From assembly GCA_009377525.1 (NCBI GenBank), contig WHTW01000006.1, forward strand, positions 1 to 40,000: a stretch of 40,000 nt of DNA, read 5' to 3'. The translations under genes were made by a program, and so were the position numbers. The notes under the pieces were generated by a model that worked only from the letters and a program-made list of their open reading frames with translations, was not told the origin of the DNA and ran no database searches. The stretch comes from Rhodospirillales bacterium (GTDB taxonomy: Bacteria; Pseudomonadota; Alphaproteobacteria; Reyranellales; Reyranellaceae). Shown here piece by piece: positions 1-9,784 of the stretch. Position 1 is the stretch's first letter, and each line of letters opens with the position of its first letter.

Positions 1-152
1 GCTACAAGGCTTCACTGGCCAGATGAATCCCATGCATAAGACCAGTTTCATGGAAGCGATGGTCTAGGGGCCAGTCCATCACGTGTCGTGGCCGGACTCT
101 CAACGGGCTATAATGGAGCTTCAGACCGGCGCCGGCAGAAAGAAGGTGCGCC

Positions 153-2957
<2,805 letters not shown>

Positions 2958-2958
2958 A

Positions 2959-2998
2959 GCACATTCCGTTCGGCTGGAATCAGCCGAACGGAATGTGC
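2959..2998 (+). terminator. Perfect 18-bp stem / 4-nt loop hairpin 2 nt after the UPF0182 stop
   Basis: gcacattccgttcggctg-gaat-cagccgaacggaatgtgc. No T-run follows, so it may be a stabiliser, a REP-like element or a factor-dependent terminator. Confidence 0.5.
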
Positions 2999-3027
2999 CC
3001 GTTGCAACAAATACCCCCAGTGCGCGC

Positions 3028-3073
3028 ATTTCCGATTTGATGGAACCGCTTGCGGTTCCATCAAATCGGAAAT
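3028..3073 (-). terminator. 22-bp perfect palindrome just downstream of the minus-strand small lipoprotein gene
   Basis: atttccgatttgatggaaccgc-tt-gcggttccatcaaatcggaaat, ending 4 nt before the stop codon at 3078-3080. Confidence 0.5.
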
Positions 3074-3077
3074 CGCT

Positions 3078-3260
3078 CTAACGCGTGTAGACGGTCGTCG
3101 TCGTGGTCTTGGGCGCCGTGTCGGTGTAGACGACGGCGGACGGCACAGGTGCCACCACTGCGGTGGAGGGCGCCGGTTGAACGGTCCGTTCCTCGCGGAC
3201 CGTGCAGGCCGCCGCGAGGATGGAGCTCGCGACGCAGGCAAGGACAAGGAGCGGCTTCAT
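3078..3260 (-). CDS. Tiny lipoprotein (60 aa), TTVY-R family paralog 1
   Basis: Internal ATG (cat at 3258-3260) of the 121-aa ORF gives MKPLLVLACVASSILAAAC with a signal peptide and lipobox (LAAC). C-terminus VVYTDTAPKTTTTTVYTR is shared with two paralogs. Confidence 0.6.
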   Translation of the reverse strand: MKPLLVLACVASSILAAACTVREERTVQPAPSTAVVAPVPSAVVYTDTAPKTTTTTVYTR

Positions 3261-3270
3261 GGCTTGCTCC

Positions 3271-3462
3271 CTAGCGGCTGTAGACGGTTGTGGTCGAGGC
3301 AGCCGGCACCGGATCGGTGTAGACCACGGTGTTCGACGCCGGAACCGGCGTGGCGACGACGGTCGTCGCCGGAGTGGTAGGACGCTCCACGGTCTCATGC
3401 CGAAAGGTGCACGCGCTGACCAGGCCGACAACGACGATGGCAAAAACGGGAAGAGATTTCAT
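3271..3462 (-). CDS. Tiny lipoprotein (63 aa), TTVY-R family paralog 2
   Basis: Internal ATG (cat at 3460-3462) gives MKSLPVFAIVVVGLVSAC (lipobox). C-terminus VVYTDPVPAASTTTVYSR. Lies in tandem with paralog 1. Confidence 0.6.
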   Translation of the reverse strand: MKSLPVFAIVVVGLVSACTFRHETVERPTTPATTVVATPVPASNTVVYTDPVPAASTTTVYSR

Positions 3463-3709
3463 CGGTGGTACTCCCTGTGTGGCACGACAACGGGTCGTCC
3501 GGTCGCAGGTTGCGTTCAAAAACAAGCCACCGGCGTGGCAGGAACTCATCGGATTGCGCAACCGCCGTTCGCTGCACTGCGTTCATGTTTTGCCGGTTTC
3601 TCCCACGTACCGGCCCCCGCCTCGAAGGCCGCTCCTCGACCAGGTCGGTGAGTGCGCTCGAGGCGGGGCCTGACGGAGAACGCGCGGCATGTCCGTCGCG
3701 GGGGACTGA

Positions 3710-4174
3710 ATGGCCGCCGAGAGCGCGGGTATCCTCCTGTACAAACGCGAAGGCCGCGGGTTGCTGGTGTTGCTGGTCCATCCCGGCGGTCCCTTCTGGC
3801 GCAACAAGAACGACGGAGCCTGGTCGATCCCCAAGGGCGAACGCGGCGGTGGCGAGGACGCGGAGACGACGGCGCGCCGGGAGTTCCTCGAGGAGTTGGG
3901 CGTCGTGCCGACAGGTGTGCTGATCCCGCTCGGACGCATTCGCCAGCGCGGCGGCAAACACGTCGATGGCTTCGCGCTCGAAGGCGATCTCGACGTCACG
4001 CGCATCTCTGGCAACACCTTCGAGATCGAATGGCCGCCACACAGCGGCCGGCGGCAATCCTTTCCCGAGGTCGATCGTGCGGCGTGGTTCTCGCCGAGCG
4101 AAGCGCGTCAAAAGATCAATGCCGGCCAGAGGCCATTCATCGACCACCTCGAAGAACTCTGTGCGAAGTCGTGA
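3710..4174 (+). CDS. NUDIX hydrolase (154 aa)
   Basis: Complete Nudix box GERGGGEDAETTARREFLEELGV fits GX5EX7REUXEEXGU. Confidence 0.85.
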   Translation: MAAESAGILLYKREGRGLLVLLVHPGGPFWRNKNDGAWSIPKGERGGGEDAETTARREFLEELGVVPTGVLIPLGRIRQRGGKHVDGFALEGDLDVTRISGNTFEIEWPPHSGRRQSFPEVDRAAWFSPSEARQKINAGQRPFIDHLEELCAKS

Positions 4175-4177
4175 GAA

Positions 4178-4199
4178 AGGCGGCCCTTGCGGGCCGCCT
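4178..4199. terminator. Bidirectional intrinsic terminator between convergent NUDIX and OmpA genes
   Basis: aggcggccc-ttgc-gggccgcct followed by cttctt; T/A-rich on both sides. Confidence 0.7.
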
Positions 4200-4217
4200 C
4201 TTCTTGGACGATCGATT

Positions 4218-4877
4218 TCAGCTCGGTCCGACGGGCCGGCCTGGCCAGCGGTAGCCGGGTGCCGGGAGCGGGATCTTGTGGGCGATCAAGGCATTCTCCA
4301 GCACGGGAATGTCGCCCTGGTAGTCGCCTGCTTCGCACTTGGCGATGGCCGCCGCTTCAGGCGTATCGAGCTGGGAGGTGCGGTACTCGCGCCACTTGTC
4401 GCTCAAGGCCTTGCAGTAGCTGCGCGGGTCGGAGAACACCGTGGTGGTCGAGACCATCTGGGTGCCATCGATCACGATTTCGACGCGCCGGTTCTGTGGC
4501 TCGCGCACACCGTCGCCGGTCTGCACCAGCAGGCCCGCTTCGCCGCGGCCGATCACCTGGATGGCCTCGGCCGGCACGCCTTGGCGGACCAGTTCGTTCT
4601 TCACCGCGTTGGCGCGGCGCAACGACAGTGCCATGTTGTAGTTCTCCGGTCCCGACGTATCGGTATGGCCGGTTGCCGTGATGCGCGCACTTCCGCGCGT
4701 CTTGAACGCGGCGGCTGCCTGTCCGATGGTCTGCACCGCCTGTTGCGACAGGTTCGAGCGATCCCAGTCGAAGAAGACCATGAACGACCGCGGCGCCGCG
4801 ACGGGCGGCGGTGGCTCCGAGGCGCAGGCGGCCACGAGCAGCGTCGTCGCAAGGACAACCAACAGTTTCCTGTGCAT
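4218..4877 (-). CDS. OmpA-family lipoprotein with a Cys-containing C-terminal extension (219 aa)
   Basis: Signal peptide and lipobox (LVAAC). OmpA_C motifs: ITATGHTDTSGPENYNMALSLRRANAV...NRRVEI. C-terminal domain is shared with the 27351-27983 paralog. Confidence 0.85.
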   Translation of the reverse strand: MHRKLLVVLATTLLVAACASEPPPPVAAPRSFMVFFDWDRSNLSQQAVQTIGQAAAAFKTRGSARITATGHTDTSGPENYNMALSLRRANAVKNELVRQGVPAEAIQVIGRGEAGLLVQTGDGVREPQNRRVEIVIDGTQMVSTTTVFSDPRSYCKALSDKWREYRTSQLDTPEAAAIAKCEAGDYQGDIPVLENALIAHKIPLPAPGYRWPGRPVGPS

Positions 4878-5030
4878 GATTTGCTCCCCTCAAAGCAGAG
4901 GCTTCGAAGGGGCGGGGCTCCCCTCCGGATCGCGCACCAACGTGTGCGTTCGAAGGGAAACGCCACAATCCTGCCCAGGGTCCCGCGCCGTGCAGAATGT
5001 CTGCGCAAGCCTGTTTTTTGCAGTGCCGGT

Positions 5031-6134
5031 TCAGGCAGCGAGCTTGTAGAGCTCCGCTACGTTGTCGCGCAGGATGCGCTTCTTCAGCTCGGGGCTGAGA
5101 TGCGCGGTCTGCTCAGCGATCACGTCCTGGCTGCGCGGCCAGGTGGAATCACTGTGCGGGAAGTCGCTGGCCCACATGAGCTGGTGAGGATCGAGCTGGT
5201 CGGCAAACCGGAAAGCCGTCCAGTCGTCCTGAAAGGTGAGCGCGATGTGCTTGCGGAAATACTCCGACGGCAGGCGCTGGAGTTCCTTGCCCTTCATCCA
5301 GTAGCGATGGCGCTTGTAGGCGTGGTCCATGCGATACATGAAATGCGGCGCCCAGCCTGCATCGGCTTCGACGCAGACGACGCGCAGCTTGGGATGCCGT
5401 TCGAACACGCCGGAATAGACCAGCATGCCCATGATGTCCTGACAGCCGCGGATGATCGACAGGAAGCTGTTAATCTTGGGTCCGCGCGGCTTGATCATGG
5501 TGTTGTCGCCGCTCGACGTCAGGATGTGGAAGCTGAGAGGCAGTTCGAGCGCAACTGCCGCCTCCCAGAACGGATCGAACGCGGGATCGTCGTAGTCCTT
5601 CTCGCCGGGATTACCCGGCATCATGACGCCACGAAAACCCATCGCCGTGATTCGCTCGAGATCCTCGATGCCTTCCTTGATCGTGCGTATGCAGGTCTGG
5701 CCCATCCCGATCAGGCGCTCGGGATCATGCGAGACGTAGGTCTGCAGCCAGCGATTGTAGGCGTCGAAGCACGCCTTCTTGTAGTCGAGGTCGGGATGAT
5801 TGCAGAGCAGCATGCCGACGCTGGGATAGATGACCTCGGCGGCAACGCCGTCCTTGTCCTGGTCGGCCAGGCGCCCGGTCGGATCCCAGCCGCTGCGGTG
5901 CAAATCGTCGAACCTGGCGCCGCCGATCCGGATATCCTTGGGGTCGACGCCGGCCGCGGCAATCAGGCCCATCGGCACCGGCGTCTTCATGCCCTCGACG
6001 ACGTAGATGTCGCCCATACCTTCCTTGTAGACGACGTGCGGCGCCCTCCCCCGCCACGCCGGGTCGATGTGATCGACATAGCAGTTGGGCGGCTCCGTGA
6101 TGTGCGAATCGGCCGAAATCGGACGCCAGTCCAT
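5031..6134 (-). CDS. Amidohydrolase-2 (ACMSD-like) family metal-dependent hydrolase (367 aa)
   Basis: N-terminal ISADSHITEP motif (metal-binding His), DFPHSDSTWP near the C-terminus, and typical PF04909-like length. Confidence 0.8.
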   Translation of the reverse strand: MDWRPISADSHITEPPNCYVDHIDPAWRGRAPHVVYKEGMGDIYVVEGMKTPVPMGLIAAAGVDPKDIRIGGARFDDLHRSGWDPTGRLADQDKDGVAAEVIYPSVGMLLCNHPDLDYKKACFDAYNRWLQTYVSHDPERLIGMGQTCIRTIKEGIEDLERITAMGFRGVMMPGNPGEKDYDDPAFDPFWEAAVALELPLSFHILTSSGDNTMIKPRGPKINSFLSIIRGCQDIMGMLVYSGVFERHPKLRVVCVEADAGWAPHFMYRMDHAYKRHRYWMKGKELQRLPSEYFRKHIALTFQDDWTAFRFADQLDPHQLMWASDFPHSDSTWPRSQDVIAEQTAHLSPELKKRILRDNVAELYKLAA

Positions 6135-6288
6135 TGGGTTTCCTCCTGCCTGCGCGGTCCGAATCGTAGGCAGACGCGGCGTCCCGCCGCAAGCTGGCGC
6201 GGAACGCCCGTTTCGGCGGGCGGCAACGGTTGAACCGGTTCCGGTGCTATGGCATACCCCGCCCCTCCGAGGCCTCCGGCCTCCGGGC

Positions 6289-6363
<75 letters not shown>

Positions 6364-6447
6364 CTCCAAAGTGCCCATTTATCAGGGGAATACAGGTTTC
6401 ATAGGCATCTTCGTCGCCGCGCTGGTACAAAGGAGAGGTACAAAGCG

Positions 6448-8163
6448 ATGGCGATCCTGTGCATGGCGCGACCGTGGAAGCATCCGAAGACTGGCGTCTA
6501 CTATTTCCGCCGGGTGATCCCCGAGGGACTGCGTCCGTTCGTTCCCGAGGGCGACACGGCCGCGCCCGAGCGGCGCCTAGCGAAGCACGAATACAAGCGC
6601 TCGCTCCACACGAAGGATGCACCCACGGCAAAGCGTCTCTATGCGGATGCCGCTGCGATTTGCGATGACTACTTCTCCTCACTGAGAGCCGCGAAGGAAC
6701 GAGCAGCCGCCACTGAGGTAGGAGGGCTCGCCAGCCAAGCGGCCGGCTCCAGGCACGCCACACCCGAGGCCTCGGCCACCGGGCACCCGACGACGTTCTC
6801 CCTCCGAGCGCTCGCAGCGGAGCTTGGTCAAGAGATCATCCAGCGCAACGCCGGGGCGCCGCCGGCTGCCGCATTCAAGAACAACCGAGCGATACCGCCG
6901 GGACCCTGGGGTACTCCGAGAGAACCTTGGGCCAGCCATCGATACGCCCTGGCGACCAGCCTTCGCGCGAAGATGCGGGCCAGTCAGCATGAGTACGTGA
7001 CCACACCTTCAAGGGAGTTCCTCGGGGCACGCGGCATTACTCTGTCGCCCGATGAACAGCAGTGGGAAGAGTTCTGCGAGCTTTCCTGCGAGGCGATCGA
7101 CGCGGCCCTAGAAACGCTCCAGCGACGCTACCGGCACGGTGACAACGACACTGCCACGAGCGACGCACCGTTGGTCCAGCGCTTCCCCGTAGGGATGCCT
7201 GAGAGCCGCCCGAGGGTTGCTATAGCGCCGCTAGGCGCGGCTATCACGGGCCTCATTGAGACGTGGGCGAAGGGGCGCGAAAACCCGAGACAACGAACAC
7301 GCGAGCGTTTCGCTCGAAGGCTTGAACAGTTCTCAGCCTTCCTCAAGCACGATGACGCGATGGCCGTCACAAGCAAAGACCTGAGACGTTGGCGTGACCA
7401 CCTTCGTAATGAGGGCCGCACGGCAAAGACTGTGAACGAGGATTGCGTTGCGGCGGTGACCACTGTCTTTCGGGCAGCATCGGCAGAGGAAGTTCTCCCG
7501 ACCTACCCCTTCCACGATTACAAGGCACTGAGAGAAGACAAAACGAAAGAGAACGCCCGCCGCCCCTACACCGAAGAGGAAGCCCGAAGGCTTCTCACTT
7601 GCGCTCGATTGCGCACGGACGCGCTACGCTGGCTGCCGTGGCTCATGGCCTATACCGGCGCGCGCATTGGCGAGGTTGCCCAGCTTCGCAAGGAAGACGT
7701 GAGAACCGAGCACGGCATTAAGGTCCTGCGGATCACGGGCGGCACTGAGAAGGGGCATGAGGTCAAGACCGGCTCGTCACGACGCGACGTACCGTTGCAC
7801 CGCGCGGTAATAGACGAAGGCTTCTTGAAGTACGTTGGCGGCGCGAAGGAGGGACCGCTCTTCTCCGACCTTCCGCCGGGCCGTCTCGGCAAGCGTGGGG
7901 ATGCGGCCTCCACTGAGTACCGCCGTTGGGCGCGCGGGGTGGTAGGCATAACGGACAAGCGGGCTGTGGCGCACTCTTGGCGTCACCGCATGGAAGACCA
8001 GCTACGCGAGATAGAGGCACCCGAGGAGGTAGCAGCGGCGATCACCGGCCGGACCCGCCAAGGGTCGCGGGCTGGATACGGCAAGGGACCGTCACTGGCG
8101 CTCCAGGCACGATGGCTGGCAAAGATACCGGCGGTGAAGCTCGGGGCGGACACCCGCACTTAG
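6448..8163 (+). CDS. int: Tyrosine-type site-specific integrase (571 aa)
   Basis: ATG at 6448 preceded by aggagagg; the track ORF start at 6319 lies inside the tRNA. N-terminus ARPWKHPKTGVYYFRRVIP is typical of alphaproteobacterial island integrases. Catalytic region: AYTGARIGEV...HSWRHRMEDQL...GYGKG (R..HxxR..Y). Confidence 0.9.
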   Translation: MAILCMARPWKHPKTGVYYFRRVIPEGLRPFVPEGDTAAPERRLAKHEYKRSLHTKDAPTAKRLYADAAAICDDYFSSLRAAKERAAATEVGGLASQAAGSRHATPEASATGHPTTFSLRALAAELGQEIIQRNAGAPPAAAFKNNRAIPPGPWGTPREPWASHRYALATSLRAKMRASQHEYVTTPSREFLGARGITLSPDEQQWEEFCELSCEAIDAALETLQRRYRHGDNDTATSDAPLVQRFPVGMPESRPRVAIAPLGAAITGLIETWAKGRENPRQRTRERFARRLEQFSAFLKHDDAMAVTSKDLRRWRDHLRNEGRTAKTVNEDCVAAVTTVFRAASAEEVLPTYPFHDYKALREDKTKENARRPYTEEEARRLLTCARLRTDALRWLPWLMAYTGARIGEVAQLRKEDVRTEHGIKVLRITGGTEKGHEVKTGSSRRDVPLHRAVIDEGFLKYVGGAKEGPLFSDLPPGRLGKRGDAASTEYRRWARGVVGITDKRAVAHSWRHRMEDQLREIEAPEEVAAAITGRTRQGSRAGYGKGPSLALQARWLAKIPAVKLGADTRT

Positions 8164-8172
8164 GCCCGAGCG

Positions 8173-8379
8173 GTGCACGATGCGTTCGGGACGACCCCGA
8201 CGAAGACCGCGAGGTTTGCCCAGATACTCCGCGAGGAGTTCGCCAAGATGTACGCCAGCGATCCATTTGAATGCTTGCGCGCGTCATTACGCTTCTGGGG
8301 CGTGACACTGCCCGAGGAGCCCGCCATGGGCACCCTGGACCCCGCCCAGATCGCCCACGCCGAATACCTCTTCGCGTAG
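8173..8379 (+). pseudogene. Relic of the C-terminus (motif C to end) of a second T7-type RNA polymerase
   Basis: VHDAFGTTPTKTARFAQILREEFAKMYA...EYLFA aligns with the end of the full-length RNAP in this island (VHDSFGTTPERAGDLAKVLRETFSEMYA...LYAFG) and with T7 RNAP IHDSFGT...FAFA. It begins 9 nt after the integrase stop, in the same frame. Confidence 0.7.
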
Positions 8380-8410
8380 CCCAATACATTGTAAAGGCTA
8401 TGCTTTCTCT

Positions 8411-8800
8411 CTGAGTATAACCATTGCGGCCCAAGCAACATCGGGACGGACACCGCCCCGCAAGGGAGCCCGCCATGTAACCCCATCAATCGGAGGTCAC
8501 GAATGCCCCATCTCACCATCCGCCGCTCGGTCGGCCAGATCACACTCACGGCCGCGCCTAGCCGCGCCTGTATCAGCGGACCGTCGTGAACCCCCGTTTG
8601 TCGCGATAACCCATTGGTGGCGCTGAGGGTTATTCGCTGAGTATAGGTAATGTGGGCCGGGCAACATCGGATTGACCCCCCTTGGCGGGGGCCAAAGCAG
8701 GGCTCAAGCCACTGCGTTTGCGATGCTTTACCTCTTTCGTGCCCATATGACGGACAGCCGCACCTAGCCGAGCACGAACGTCCCCCGTTCTCTTTTGTTT
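8411..8800 (+). repeat. Two diverged tandem copies (about 226-bp period) of a noncoding unit with conserved blocks
   Basis: CTGAGTATA at 8411 and 8637; GCAACATCGG at 8435 and 8661 (the same 24-nt offset in both copies); GCCGC(G/A)CCTAGCCG at 8551 and 8757; CCCCCGTT at 8591 and 8782. Confidence 0.6.
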
Positions 8801-8887
8801 TTGGACAGTGGGCCCCCGCCCCGCCGTCCGCACCTGTAGCAGTCCGCAACCCTGTCTCCTCTCTGTGGAGTTTCCAAACCAACTCAC

Positions 8888-9103
8888 ATGACAAATGATC
8901 TCATCTCTCTGGCCGACGCCGCCGCCGAGCTTCGCATTAGCACGAAGACCCTCGATAGGTGGCGACGTGCCGGCAAAGGCCCCGACTACCTTCGATCCGC
9001 AAGCGGCCACGTCCACTATAGCCGGCAGACCCTCGATACTTGGCGTGCACAGCAAGTGACCACCGAAAGCGTTCGCTACCTCTTGCTTGAGGGCGTTGCG
9101 TGA
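8888..9103 (+). CDS. AlpA/excisionase-like helix-turn-helix DNA-binding protein (71 aa)
   Basis: LISLADAAAELRISTKTLDRWRRAGKGPDY...HYSRQTLDTW has an HTH_17/MerR-type excisionase pattern. It is the first gene after the integrase module. Confidence 0.7.
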   Translation: MTNDLISLADAAAELRISTKTLDRWRRAGKGPDYLRSASGHVHYSRQTLDTWRAQQVTTESVRYLLLEGVA

Positions 9104-9576
9104 AAGCGCGCGAGGCGACATCGCCGCTCCAAGCCATTCGAGCCAAGTGTTTGGACTGTTCAATGGGCAGTCCCGCCGAGGTTCGCCGCTGCCATTTGAC
9201 CGACTGCGCACTGTGGCCGTTTCGCCTTGGCAAGGGGGCACCCATCTCCGAAGCCCAACGGGAAGCTCGCCGTGCGTCCGTCCGTAAAGCCGCCGCCAGC
9301 CACCTGAAGCCCCATACGGTACGGCGATTTGGAACAACGGACGAGACAGGTGGGGCTACCCCCCCGGTGAGACTGCGCTCTAAAAAGTCCCATACGGTAC
9401 GGGGGACACCGAGCGAAGCGCGGGCCGACGCTCTCGCCCGACGCCAAGCCGCAACCATCGTCGACAAGGGTATCCGCTATCGGAAGAAGCCTCTTACCTT
9501 TGAACAGGAGTACCACCTCATAATGCGGAAGCCGAGGACTGCCCACCCGAGCGGAGCGAGGGGCTCCCGTGGATGA
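9100..9576 (+). CDS. Cys4 zinc-ribbon protein common in mobile elements (158 aa; C-terminal half doubtful)
   Basis: GTG start overlaps the upstream stop (GTGA). IRAKCLDCSMGSPAEVRRCHLTDCALWPFRLGKG gives C-x2-C-x10-C-x4-C. The C-terminal half contains DNA-level repeats at 9311/9389 and 9546. Confidence 0.55.
   Translation: MKAREATSPLQAIRAKCLDCSMGSPAEVRRCHLTDCALWPFRLGKGAPISEAQREARRASVRKAAASHLKPHTVRRFGTTDETGGATPPVRLRSKKSHTVRGTPSEARADALARRQAATIVDKGIRYRKKPLTFEQEYHLIMRKPRTAHPSGARGSRG
9311..9402 (+). repeat. 14-bp perfect direct repeat CCCATACGGTACGG x2, 78 bp apart
   Basis: Copies at 9311-9324 and 9389-9402, with similar flanks (aagCcccatacggtacggCg and aagTcccatacggtacggGg). Confidence 0.8.
9546..9565 (+). 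repeat. 20-bp motif cccgagcggagcgaggggct (left member of a perfect inverted pair)
   Basis: Exact reverse complement of 19521-19540. Confidence 0.9.
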
Positions 9577-9778
9577 AGCCACGATGCAACGCATTCGGGA
9601 CAGCATTCAGCACGCCATCGACAACCGCACCTATTCCCCGCCGCAGCACCAGGAGCCCACTGACTGCTTCCGGGAAATCCTCGATATCGCACGAGACGCT
9701 CTTTGCACCTTCGGCTGTAGCCTCCGCGACCTAGCGGCGCTCATCGAGACGCACCTAGTCGCCGCGATCCTTGTATAG
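9569..9778 (+). CDS. Hypothetical protein (69 aa) with an N-terminal MDEAxxxRIRxSI module
   Basis: GTG start overlaps the previous gene by 8 nt. The N-terminus MDEATMQRIRDSI recurs twice at the start of the next gene. Confidence 0.4.
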   Translation: MDEATMQRIRDSIQHAIDNRTYSPPQHQEPTDCFREILDIARDALCTFGCSLRDLAALIETHLVAAILV

Positions 9779-9784
9779 AGCGAC

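Noticed and set aside
86-114. Promoter for the UPF0182 gene (TATAAT at 109-114)
   Set aside because: A perfect -10 hexamer, but the sequence 17 bp upstream (GTCGTG) is a poor -35. A single hexamer match is not sufficient evidence.
3966-6233. 755-aa + strand ORF spanning the OmpA and amidohydrolase loci. Similar giants at 22877-24160 (-), 25146-26306 (+), 25670-27259 (-), 29076-30200 (-), 36636-38123 (+) and the 5' 1.8 kb of 27345-29936
   Set aside because: All lie antisense to, or out of frame with, genes that carry clear family motifs. Their translations are Arg/Gly/Ala-rich with no motifs. For 27345-29936, only the last 269 codons (the MORN protein, with SD and signal peptide) are credible.
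8160-9337. Minus-strand ORFs 8160-8894 (244 aa) and 8630-9337 (235 aa) inside the island
   Set aside because: They run antisense through the tandem noncoding repeats and through the well-supported HTH and Zn-ribbon genes. They have no SD and no motifs, and every supported island gene is on the + strand.
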